A stretch of 61,908 nucleotides of DNA, filler included, from Choristocarpus tenellus KU-1152 (taxonomy: Eukaryota > Protista > Phaeophyceae): NCBI GenBank assembly GCA_964200185.2. It is 10 parts of 10 records of this genome, joined end to end, with 100 filler letters (N's around TTAATTAATTAA, not from the genome) between each part and the next. Parts side by side here need not be neighbours in the genome. Positions count along the whole stretch, not along the records: positions 13,818 to 20,953 come from CAXNAD020006631.1; positions 21,054 to 24,374 come from CAXNAD020020822.1; positions 24,475 to 27,507 come from CAXNAD020022800.1; 7 more parts are not named here. One strand, written 5' to 3'. Both the position numbers and the translations under genes were made by a program. Every line of letters begins with the position of its first letter. Positions within the stretch are counted from its first letter, which is position 1. The notes below the pieces were generated by a model, which worked only from the letters and a program-made list of their open reading frames with translations, did not search any database and was not told the DNA's origin. This document shows positions 13,718 to 25,312 of the stretch, piece after piece.

Positions 13718-13817
13718 NNNNNNNNNNNNNNNNNNNNNNNNNNNNNNNNNNNNNNNNNNNNTTAATTAATTAANNNNNNNNNNNNNNNNNNNNNNNNNNN
13801 NNNNNNNNNNNNNNNNN
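13718..13817. other. Artificial contig spacer
   Basis: 44N-TTAATTAATTAA-44N. Confidence 0.98.
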
Positions 13818-16066
13818 GTAAAACAAACTACAAATCATATAGATTTGATGGTATGGCTTGTCTACGTTAAGGGGGGGGGGGGGGGGGGGGGGAGATCGCA
13901 ACAAACGATAGCTCGGGCATGACTGAGATATTCGTACCAAGAGGTCGATCATCATATAATGTCAACACTTATATGCGCTCAGTGGTAGCCTCTTCTTCTA
14001 CTTTTTGACCAGAGGCTCTTTTGTTCTCCACACCTCCACACTTCTACTGTGGGTACCTTTGAAGTAGTTTTCGTATACAAGAGCACCTGAATTATTCAGA
14101 AGCACTGGGCAATAGGAGAGGAATTTGAACAGCAAAAGTGTTGTTGCTCTCATACTAAACAGGCGATAGCTGGGGTTAGTAGACGATTTTACAACCCCCC
14201 CGACCTTTTCGGTTTTTCTACAATGATCGTAGGGGTTGCGCAGTTATTGTATCCTTTGACGACATAGTTCAGAAAATTCCCTTTTCCGCAGGCACATGTT
14301 CCAAATCTTATGGTTTGAACATGACCTCACCACACTCCAGATGGTGCAAGGTTTTGAGGATACAATCGGCCAACCGAGAGGGAGTATATCTTGTGCTATC
14401 CATTCTGACCGTCAAGATTTGAAAATAATTGTCCACCCACAGCCAGATCCAGTTGAAGAGATGCATGCGTGTGATAGTATTCGCATTATGTGTTGATCGT
14501 AAGCATTCTACTCCTCACTGCGAGACAGTAATAGTTCATATTTCCGCTCCAGTTCCTGGCCTTCTTTCCGCTAGCGCTTGGATGGCAGGCTACGACTGTA
14601 TAATTTTTTCTACTTCTACTGCTGCAGAGCCTCATCTATTTTGTGGTGGTATGTTAGTCTTGAGTACCAAAGGAACAAGGAACAATCGAGGACATCATCA
14701 TGCATGATGCATGCAATCTACCTCCTTCTATAGTAGTGACAGGTTTCACTAATTGACAGGTGTAGGCGGGGTTGAATTTTAAGGATCCCGAGAAAAGCCA
14801 AAATGATCATGCCGTTTGTACATAGTTTGCTCACTTCCCCAGTCCAGGAACACACTCACAATACACCCTGAACACTCCTGTACAGTGCGGTCTATACACA
14901 AGCACCATTCTCAAATAAATTGCACAACAAACAAAAGTATCAAGATGAAGTGTTCTGTTGCCCACTAGAGGCCTAGGAAGGAGATCCACATTGCTCACTC
15001 GGTCTTTCATGAAGTACGATTTTAATTGCCACCATTCTTCAAAGTACTGCAAGTGTACTACATCAAAATATATATTTGGTTTCTTCGAGTAGTGACTGAA
15101 ACATCAGACACCGTGGAACCAGGGAGGTCTGCTCTGTACAGGTACAGAACCGTTGACCATTTGGGAAAGAACAGAGGCAAAAAAACAATAGTATTTCTGC
15201 CCTACAAATCAGCAAAGTGAACCCATAGAACAGGTTCTTTGCTTCGCAGGAGCTACTCCATGCACATGTTTTCCTCAAGCACTAATCCAGAGTCCTCATG
15301 GACAGCCTGTCACAGTCAACATAGATTGCGGCAAATTGAGGGGGTGCAGAAGAAAAATGCCACAAGCATAGGTTGGTCGAAAGTTGTGCAAATTAGTTAG
15401 CTTGCTCTTTCATTTGTGTTCATATTTCTTTCAACTGAGCCATATACATACTCCAGAAGCATATTTTTCTTGTAGCAGTGGGATATGGAAGTATACAAAC
15501 CGACTGCCTGTCATTCTGAATCAATAGATGATCCTAATCTCACTGTCGTTTCATCAAGAAGAACTTGGTTCTGATTTCGTGCTCTGCAGCAGTCTCAAAC
15601 ACTTTGGAGTAGTTGTGACACGAGCAACCCCAAATATCTATTGATATCCCTACCTCAGTGTAATTGAAAGAGCTAAGTCAAGCCCAGGAAATATGAAATA
15701 AGCTTGTCCTGATTTTCCGAGCATAACGAGAGGCAGCATTGGACCTTCTGGTGCCTACTGGAACTGATGGGTTCACATCTTGCTGGACCCTTTCTGGTCA
15801 TATTGGAACCCTCTTCCTTCTTTTCGTTTGTGCATTTCTAAGCATAAATTGTTCATTCACAACTCTTCTCTACGCTACTTCTGACCACAGGCTTCTAGGA
15901 GATCAGGCTTGTGATATTATGGTCGAATATAGTACAATAGTGTCAAGTTCTCTGGCAACCACCACAGTGGGGTGACAATAACATCTCTGCAGTAACCAAA
16001 TCCATATAGAGAGATGGACGTGGAGGGGAGGTGAGAAGGAGACGTTCCATTTGTGGGGATGCTCAC

Positions 16067-19000
16067 CTCTCCCACAACCTGCAATATTGCATTTCCTGTT
16101 TCTCCAATGGCCTCAACAATCCCTTCTATCTTTCCTGGGTTTGACACCATCACTTCCAGTGGAAGCGCCACACCTAGCCCTGCTGCAACCTTTGCTGAGG
16201 GTCGATAAATAGCCCTAACGCACCTGTTCACGGGACCGACTAAGGAGTTTCATTTCTTCGCCTATTTGTGTGCGTGTCAGCCAATTATTCTGCTCTCTAG
16301 CTGTCTGAGAAATACAATTGAACAACTAGATAGACGTACTCCTATTCAACCTGCTAGTGAGTCCAAACAAGAAGAATCGAAACAAGAGAAACGGCTTGAG
16401 GATGTTCAAGGCCATATCCCACCATTCCAAACACTCAAAGTCACCTATGTCCACATGCACTTGTACCAATGCGGGTCTGGCAGGTGCTGTTTTTACTTCC
16501 TATCTCTTACAGGGTGCATAACTCAGCTGTCATCTTATGTACAATTAATTCCTTGGGGGACAATCATACCGGTGAAGTCCTATCTGGATGTGATTGATTA
16601 TGAGGCATGAGAAACTCTTCCTTTCCACCGCCTATCATCTCTCACCCTCCTTGTTGCGCGTGATTGATTCGGAACTTGGCAGGGGTTACCCCTACATTCA
16701 CGACCTGCACTTCAAAGCGATATGTCTGCCCGACCAGGAGCTGGCCGACCTCCAACAATGGTGGTCTTATTTCAAACCCTGATGTTACTGTTCCTGAGAG
16801 AGGCGAATTGTGATGATAATAGGATAATTTTTTAGGAAGAGCTTTTGATCCGACAGTGGATACATGTGCGATCAATGAGGAGAATACGGGACCATGTGGG
16901 TAGTAGTTATCCAGACTTTCCACTCACTCCATGGGGTGCTATTTCTCCTCGGAGAGGATTGAGCAAGAGGGCACACAAGTTATGTGACTGAAATACATTC
17001 CTGGAAGAAGACATTCAATTTCACTCCAGAGTAGCTTATTCTTGTTCCTTGCTCTATATATATCCCTGATGTGGTTGCTCATTTGCATAGGCTCGACCCA
17101 CAGCTTGACTTGTGTTAAAAAAAAGCCAAGAAGCTACTTTATCCTGACAAAAAAAAAATGTAGTGTACCTGTCCATCTATAGTCAACGCTCTGTGTAGCT
17201 TGCCGTTTTGAAGAGCCTGCGTCGTCCTGCTTGGTCATGATCCAGACTGGCCTATGCTGGGCAAGCTTACGGACAGCCTGAGCTCCAGTTCCCTGTACCA
17301 GTCCTTGCCCACCTCCTTTTTCCCTTAGGCCATGCTCTACCTTTCCCTGCCCCCACCCACTCTTTACAGCTTCATGTTGCTGGTTGTACATATCCAAACC
17401 ATCCATTTGCACAACCCTTCCTTGCTCTACATGCTCTGAACTCGATTCTGCATCCATAGCAGGGGTAATTTGGCTTTCCTGCTCCCCCACCTCATCTCTC
17501 CTCCCCCCCCCATGCTCATATTGGTTCAAACCTTTCTCTCCTGGTGCAGCCTCATCAAGAACTTTAAGATCCCCCACCACCATCCCATCATCTTCTGATG
17601 ACTCAAAGCCAAGTATTTTTTGGTCTGCAGTGGATGGACGCTGAACTGTCATAGTGTCAGTAGTGCTACCAGCAGCAGAGACACTGTGAGCATCCTGAGT
17701 GGACTGTCTCTCTCCACCTTAATGCAAATGGGTGGGAGGAGAGATTTATACTTTCTGCAAAGTTAGGGTGTTGTTGCTTGCATTGGTGATTCTCCCCCCC
17801 TGTCCCACGAGTCATTCTAAACATGAATGTTAAGAAAACTTTGCCGATCTGAGAATTGGATCTAGTCTCAAGTTGATCATGACTAAAAATAATGGGTTAG
17901 GGTAGCACCAGCAGCGGCCGACCCTGTGTGTGCCACAATATTGTATGTGGCACTACTAGCTCGTTCTCATTCATGCCATCCTAAATCAGGTTTGTGCTGG
18001 TGGTGGTTAGTCTTTGTTTGTTTGCTGTAAGGGAAGCAACAACATAGTCCTATGCCATTACCCTACCTCAACCTCATAACCCAAACCTACGAACTATACA
18101 CACCCTCTTGCTTGCCCAACAACATACTGTATGTAGTGAAGTTGGATCAGAGAATTGAGGAGTATGTGTATAAATGAAAACAGTCTTCTAAAAAGAAAAA
18201 ATAACTGAAAAAAAAACAAAACATTCACCTTTTGTCATAAAACATTGTTCATGTTGACAAATCTATTTTTAATCATGATGCACTAAATGGTAAACATTGT
18301 ACTACTGATTCCAGCTTGCCGTGGTTGTGCTTCCCAGCTGTATCAAACATGCAGCAACAGATAGAAATGCAGTTCTAGCTTCTTCGCATGCTCATCTCAA
18401 CTTGCCATTGATCGCAATATGTTCCCCAACAACGTTGTGCTTCAGGCATGTCCGTCTCAGTCCAATCCCCTTCACACATACTACTTGTGACCCCCTACTG
18501 ATGATGCAATCTCCCCCTTCAGAGCGATTAACACAGCAAACGTTTCGTCTGGCCAAAGATCGATTCACAAACAATTCGCGTTGCTCTATCTTTGTACTGG
18601 GTTTGTTTTGTGGAAAAAAATAGCGAGTACTCGGTAAGCACGATTGCTTCATGGATGGGATGATGCCTTGCTGGGAAACGCGACATGCTGTTCATTGGCT
18701 ATTAGTCCTGACTCGCTCAACTTTGTCGCACCCTCTCATTGCGACCACTGCCGTAGTCTCACCAGTAATAGTATGTTCGAGGGAACTTTGAATGACTTCT
18801 CTCATACCACGGCCCATCGTTGTTGTCCAGAAATTTACACAATCCTCAGCTTGATTTCCAGTAAGAACAGGGGCTGTATTTGGGCCATCGGGATCAATTG
18901 ACTGAATAGTTTTCCAAGCAATGCCTGGCTCATTCTCTTTACGGGCACTGAGGGGGGGGGTGGTTGGCTCCTCGCTGTGTGCCTTCACAAGGATTCGAAA

Positions 19001-20773
19001 CAGGTCATCGGCAGATGCCTGAAAATCGAAGAGTAGGAATTGGTGGCAAGAGGAAAGGGTACAAGGATCTTAGCAACAGAAGAAGGCATTCGGGTGGATA
19101 GAGTTTGTTTATTTGAAGTTGTGCAATGTTCGAACACCCCTTAGTGAACCGAGGCGTTCTCTCGGTTCAGACACGATGATGTTGTGTCCTAATCCCTTTC
19201 ATCATGAACAAAATGGGGTGTTGTTTTGCCGATATATTGGAGTCGCCCTGAGGTATAAGAGGGATAGAGTGCAAAAATTGAAGCGACTACTGATATATAC
19301 TCAGTACATATGATCTTGGTACTCAAAAGAACAAATGCTGGGACATAGGATGCACATCAAGTCTGAAAAAAGGTTGCAAAGTGGTTGTATGTCACAAGAT
19401 GTTTCAATAGAATATGGTACCTTCTAATCTATGTAGCCTATACGATGCAAAACCAAAGCCGAAAGTACGTATTCGAAATACAGAATGAAGTTTGCACTTG
19501 TTACCAGCTTCAACCAGGTTTTCGCCTGGAATCTGCTGCGCCAGCGACTTAATGTTCTACCGACATACGTGTACCATTTGTTGGCAGCAATCTGGGTTTA
19601 AGAGGATCGTTGAAGATTACTTCTATATCGTTTTAGACCCATCATCAGCGTTTTGCAGGTGTTGTCGTAGGGGGGGGGGAGAAGAACGCTTGTATCTGAT
19701 ACTAGAAGAACCAAGATCACCTAACCCTAACCTTACCAAGCGGTCCTACATATATGATGCCACCAGACCTAGCAACCCTTACCGTACACGGGTAACTCCA
19801 AGAACCCCACAACCTTGCACAGAACAGCTTCCCGAAATCTACTGCACAATGTTTGAGTCAAGGTAGAGGTGCCAAGGTCTTGAACATTTTGCATTTTAAG
19901 ACGGGATTTTTTTATCTTTTATAATTCACCCATATTGCTATGGATGAAGTACTAAGGTTGATTTGAGAGTGTTGATTTCTCTGTTGTTGAATATTTTCGA
20001 CAGAATTTAGAAAATTCCCTACGCGAATTTGCATAGAAAGCCGACATTTGCCCATATTTGTGAGCATCCTTAGAATGTAACCCTGGATACCTCTGGCTTA
20101 CTTTGACTCTATCCAAAGATCAATGACCACAAGCACTTGTGGGCATTGACGTTCTCACATCCTACACTATAAAAAAACCCAATGCAGTGTCCATCCAGGT
20201 CCATATTCCGCCCTTAGCTGCATAGAAATCTACTTGACAAAAGTTGTTCGTGTGTTTGTCAAAATCCTACATATTGACCAAGCAATGGCATGATGGTGTC
20301 TCTTGAAAACATATGTATACTGAAGTATCAAAAGGATTCATTCGAGTAAATGAAAAAAACAGCACCTACCTCCGTTTTAGGACATTGAGCAATGTGCTCT
20401 GAATACATAAAGTTGGGATGTTGTTGGGACAAGTAATGTAAAGGTTGACCGTTCAGCTCTGTTTCGCAATATCTGGAATTCTGTCCTTTTCATGAATAAA
20501 CTAGTGATCTTGTCAAGATCTCTGAGAAAATTACCTCCTTGTGTCCTTCTTTTCATGCCATCATAGGTTCTAGCAAAAATCGCGCAATAGTCTACTTTTG
20601 CAAGCCACCTTATATTTGCTTGAAAATGAAGACTTCCTAAGGGCACCAAGCATATGTACAGCCTCCTCCTCCTTCACTGCTCTCCCCAGGACCATAACCA
20701 GGGCCTTGCGGAGTCCAGGTATGTCAAGGAAGTCTTGTCCAGGAATCTCTGAACTTTTGAAAGCTGCATTTGC
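16067..20773 (-). CDS. SPAG17/PF6-like flagellar protein, C-terminal part (EF-hand-like segment, low-complexity linker, ASH/PapD-like domain); exons 20773-20609, 19018-18808, 17717-17169, 16793-16646, 16223-16067
   Basis: Exon phases are consistent (0,1,1,2). GFEIRPPLLEVGQLLVGQTYRFEVQVVNVGVTPAKFRI...VRAIYRPSAKVAAGLGVALPLEV...IEGIVEAIGETGNAILQVVGE resembles the SPAG17 C-terminal ASH domain pattern (G.L..G.TY....L.NVG....F.....Y.P..VAAG). AAFKSSEIPGQDFLDIPGLRKALVMVLG...ASADDLFRIL is EF-hand-like. The terminal exon is unresolved. Confidence 0.7.
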
Positions 20774-20953
20774 CTTGTTGGGTACACGGTGGCGGAGAAG
20801 GGCAAATGATCAGTCATCTCGCTTGCATTTGAGTGCAGACTGCATCCGAAGAAATCAACTTAGTGTCCAGGGATCATGTAAGTGCTAAAGGACTGATGCA
20901 TAAGTGGATGCCTTCTTGAGACCTAAGGTATCTGGGGGTGGGGGGGGGTGGGG

Positions 20954-21053
20954 NNNNNNNNNNNNNNNNNNNNNNNNNNNNNNNNNNNNNNNNNNNNTTA
21001 ATTAATTAANNNNNNNNNNNNNNNNNNNNNNNNNNNNNNNNNNNNNNNNNNNN
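20954..21053. other. Artificial contig spacer
   Basis: 44N-TTAATTAATTAA-44N. Confidence 0.98.
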
Positions 21054-21199
21054 ACATGAAAAAATTGACCCCAAATGGACAGCCGCCATCCCCTCCCAGA
21101 TACTTTGAGCCACATGTACCCTAGTGGTACATTACAGTTCAGCAAATAGAATCACCTAGAAAGCTGGCATACAAAAGCATCATGAAGTAATGTACCCAC

Positions 21200-22840
21200 C
21201 TATCAGTTACCACCCTTGTCCCAGTGCCCCCTATGTCAAGGGCGCCTCCCTTGTTGAAAGAGTAGTTGTTCTCGAACAGTGAAGAGGAGACTGTACAATT
21301 TCCACCATCATAGCCCTCAAAGCAGTCCGATACCGCAAGGCCACCACCAGCACCAATAGGGTCCTCTTTTGCAACAGAACAACAGAAGTGAGGGTAGGGT
21401 GGTGCAAAGGGCAGTTGGGAAGGGAATGATTCACTTGCATGGATGTATGAAGAACATTTTTTTCAGATGAGGATAGAACACTAGAACTTGAGTGTCTCAA
21501 CGAGAGGGAGGACAGGCAGGCATGCAGTGCACATTCCCCTAGGAACTATATGGATTTTCCTTCACGCTCACATCCTATTGGCAGAGACACTCTCGCACTT
21601 TTACCTTCTTCTTCGTCAGTCAAGCCTCCACCCACACTGTTGAGAGCAAAAGTTGTATTTGAAACGGAGAAGTTCCCATTAACAAGGGATGCCCCACCGC
21701 CCTTGTTTCCAGCGTAGCAGTCCTCAAACAAGGAGTTAGCAATCAGGCACTTTCCCGTCGCTACCTGCGTGGAAGGGTGCAATTGCTCATGTTGCATAAT
21801 GGATCCGACTGGCCTCAAGACCAGGGATTGTGGGGTTGTAGGGTATCGGTTGTTGAACCTATTCTACATGCCTTACCTTGCAGGTTGAGAGTTCGCTGGT
21901 GTGAAATATGTAGGGAGTAGATTCCAAAGAGAGCACACTCCTCTCAAGCAGCACCCAACGACAGTGGGAACAGTCGGCACATACAAATTGTTGAAATACT
22001 AGTAAATCCTTGAGCTAGCTGACTATCTGCTCGGTAGCTCAGGGGTTTACTAGTGCTTCAACACAAATTTCAGCACATGCCAGTCAAAATGCTTTGTGAA
22101 TACGGGGTTTGACACTGAAAAATATCCACCCAGCAACAATTTACACAACACCGTACCTTGATACCTCCACCGTCCCCGATACCATCCTCATCTCCCACAG
22201 AAGGTTGAACACCCGCCCAACAGCTCCGAAATACACTCTTCTCAACGACCACAGCGGAATCGTTGGTTGCGAAGATACAACCTCCGTCAATGTCGGCCCG
22301 GTTATCTTCAAACACGCAATCTGTCGCATTCAACGTCCCCCCAATAATAAAAACTGAACCCCCTTCCCCTGTCAAATTTTGGGTTATATTTTTCGTTGCT
22401 TGGCCGTTCTTGAGAGTAACACTCTCCAGGCTGAGGTAACCCCCTTCGCCGACCTCGAACAATCTGATGGAGGAATTACCATCCACTGTCGCCAAGTCAT
22501 CTCCACCAGAGATTTCCAGTCGAGTATCTGCACCTACTACAATAGTGGAAGTAATCACCACAGATCCAAACCACTCTGCCGTCACCGATCCTCCAGTGCA
22601 GTTCACACTCAAGGCTAAGGTATCCGCATCCATAGGTGTTGTGACTGTAGCAATTTGGGACAATGTGGTGCACGGCTCGAGCGATATTCCACCTCGTAGA
22701 TGGAGTAGAAAAGTACAGGCGACCAGGAATTGGGCAATAAGCCCTCGAAAACATGTCCGCTGCCTGGTGCCGAACAAGGATCTCTCTTGCTGCCCCTCAA
22801 AGAAGACATGACTCTGAGAAGACATTGTGCGAGTCCTCAT
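21200..22840 (-). CDS. Adhesin-like / polymorphic outer membrane protein (Pmp)-repeat beta-helix protein, 5' part; exons 22840-22157, 21764-21605, 21365-21200
   Basis: A hydrophobic N-terminal segment is followed by a leader of the type seen in brown algal adhesin-like proteins (ADTLALSVNCTGGSVTAEWFGSV...VDGNSSIRLFEV...L.LESVTLKNG). FxxN and GG(A/x)I motifs then recur: FEDNRADIDGGCI, GDGGGI, GNKGGGA, FENNYSFNKGGAL. Splice phases are consistent. Confidence 0.85.
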
Positions 22841-23749
22841 GTTGGCTCTTGATCTCCAATAGCATACACCACAAAAGGCAATGCTGTGGAGAGAATGATA
22901 TTTTTAGTTGACCTCCTGCGCAGGAGAAACGAGACCGAAGATGGGGGAAAGGCGTTTTGACCTATTTCGGTGTGACCCTTGGCAACAAGATCTCCATATA
23001 GGCTGATGACACAGCAACTTCCCTGTCGTACTGGAGCTTGAACTGGAACAGCTCGGATCAAACAAGGAATACCTCCAGCATCATGTAGCAGCCTGTGTGC
23101 TTTCTGTTTGATAAGGTGATTGTTAATGAAAGTTAGCTGAAGTAAGTGATGGTTCGTATATAGCTGATGAATCAAGAGAAGTAAGTCTGATATTGGTCTT
23201 ACATCTGTTCCTAATTCAAATAATTTTGAAACTATTTGATTCCATACTTCATCCATTATGCAAATTGAAGATCCAGAACGTTCCAATTATGTCTCTCCTT
23301 CCAACCTTTTTTTATTGAGGAAATCTTGGAAATATTCTACAGATATATCACTCATTTCATTATCACTGCACTTTTTACACTGTGATTTACTCTAAAAATA
23401 GAACATGTCTTCCCCGACAGAAACATCTCCGAATGTTTGAAAGGATGATTTCAATAATAATGTTGAGGTGTGAAGTGTTGTGTTGAGTATTTTCTAGTAC
23501 CGTCGTCTTGATTGCAGTACACCTGACAAGGAAAGACAGCTTGCGACCACAAAAAGAAAAAATATACATACTTTTTTATTGCCATGTTCTTTCATCTACC
23601 CAATCAAAATAGATCGAACGGACTTTTCCATACATATATCCATCGGCCATTTCATATGTGTATATAAAGCATGTTTATTGTATTGCCGTATGCCATATAC
23701 CGTTATAACGTGGTACCGATTAAGGTCCTCAGTCAAGAATCCATGATTC

Positions 23750-24374
23750 CACGGACAGACTTTCTGTTCAAATGTCACATCTTGACTGATGATGAAGCCC
23801 CATCTTTGATGTACGCTTGACCAACCTTAACCTCGTACCCTCGTTCACGGTTCGTCCTTGTTCGTGTGGTTCGTCTTGCCCGGTGATTCTCTTCGCCACC
23901 TTTGCCTGAGTGAACCATGCCGCCACAGAATCACGATTCACATTGGCGACACCGGTGTCCTCAGAAATAGGGTGACGGGGCATTTCTGGTTGACCGCGGA
24001 GGAAAGATAAGAGATCCAGTTTGGACCCAAAGAAGTACGTTACCTTGGTCACATTTTCTCGTCTGAAGGGATTCGTATCGTGATCGTGAACTATTTACTA
24101 GTTCCACTACTGTGTTTCCTTCAGTGGACCAGGAGCAATTGCGCAAGGAGCAGGAGTCCGAGTTCGGACCATATTTCAGGTATTTGCAGTCCCCCAATGT
24201 CGCCCCACTGCCTGATAAGGAATCGACGACGTCTATGTCGTATTTTTTCCTTCGTAATGGCTTACTGTATCGCTCGTATTTACCAGGCCACCTTCGTAAG
24301 AGGAGCACGTTTAGAGACCAATTGGTCGTTCCTCACTCGTTAGTCCGTCTGGTACTCCATGCTTGTCACGATCA
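23750..24374 (+). mobile_element. Ty3/Gypsy LTR retrotransposon pol remnant (RT C-terminal motif plus integrase Zn-binding N-terminus)
   Basis: 24014-24079 encodes QFGPKEVRYLGHIFSSEGIR (RT YLGH motif). 24112-24374 encodes LRKEQ...FFLRNGLLYR...QLVVPHSLVRLVLHACHD (start of integrase H2C2). Truncated by the contig break; left boundary approximate. Confidence 0.8.
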
Positions 24375-24474
24375 NNNNNNNNNNNNNNNNNNNNNNNNNN
24401 NNNNNNNNNNNNNNNNNNTTAATTAATTAANNNNNNNNNNNNNNNNNNNNNNNNNNNNNNNNNNNNNNNNNNNN
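24375..24474. other. Artificial contig spacer
   Basis: 44N-TTAATTAATTAA-44N. Confidence 0.98.
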
Positions 24475-24639
24475 CCCCCCCCCCCCCCCTCCCCCCCCCC
24501 CCTTCTCTGCTCTCTTTTTTTTTTTCCTCTTCAAACTCCCCCTCCCTGCTGCATGCTGTTCGTGGGTGTGAATTGCCTGGGGGGGGCGGGGGGTGGGGGA
24601 TCTCTTTTTTGTTTCTTTGCTGCCATGGGTGATTTCCAG

Positions 24640-25270
24640 GAACTTGAATGTACCTTACCTCACTACCTACATGTGTCGGGCTGGTTGGATGCCTCTGCCA
24701 GTGCTGCCATCCTAGCGTTCATGACGATCAAGGGGAGGTGGGTGATACGACACTTATGCTACACTGTTATTGATGATACGTTAGTGCCTAGGTGTGCCAT
24801 ACTACTGTCTCGGATCATACTGTGTCAGTCTTAACGCTTTTTTAAAATGTGTGTATGGTGTGTGTGTCTGTGTGGCCTGTGTGGCCTGTGTGGCCTGTGT
24901 TCCTGTGTGTCTATGTGTATGTGGGTTTGCGTTCTTGATGTCTCTGGTGACAGGAGTTCTGAGCTGCTGGTGGGACCTTGGAACCATGGGGGATCGCAGC
25001 ACGTTAGGCTTCACCATGTTGCCAGCAAGTCCAGGCAAGTATTTTGTTTGACTTGTTTGAAGTATTTTATTTGACCGTGGGGTCTTGAAGGGTGCCCAGT
25101 GTTTGTTTCGCGTCTCCTTCCCGTGCCCGTTGTCGTGTGAATGTCTGAGTGTGTCCCTTGTTGGGAGAGAATGTTGTGTTTGGTTCACCAGAACACTGTG
25201 TATATAGCCTCACACGTTGTGTACAGTTGTTAGTGTATGTATTTATGTATTTTCGAACTTCACTGTTCCC

Positions 25271-25312
<42 letters not shown>

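Noticed and set aside
25272-25312. 41-nt poly-C and other long G/C homopolymers as functional G-quadruplexes or poly-Pro/poly-Gly coding
   Set aside because: They are intronic and lie next to gaps, their lengths are unreliable in short-read data, and the poly-P/G ORFs are spurious.
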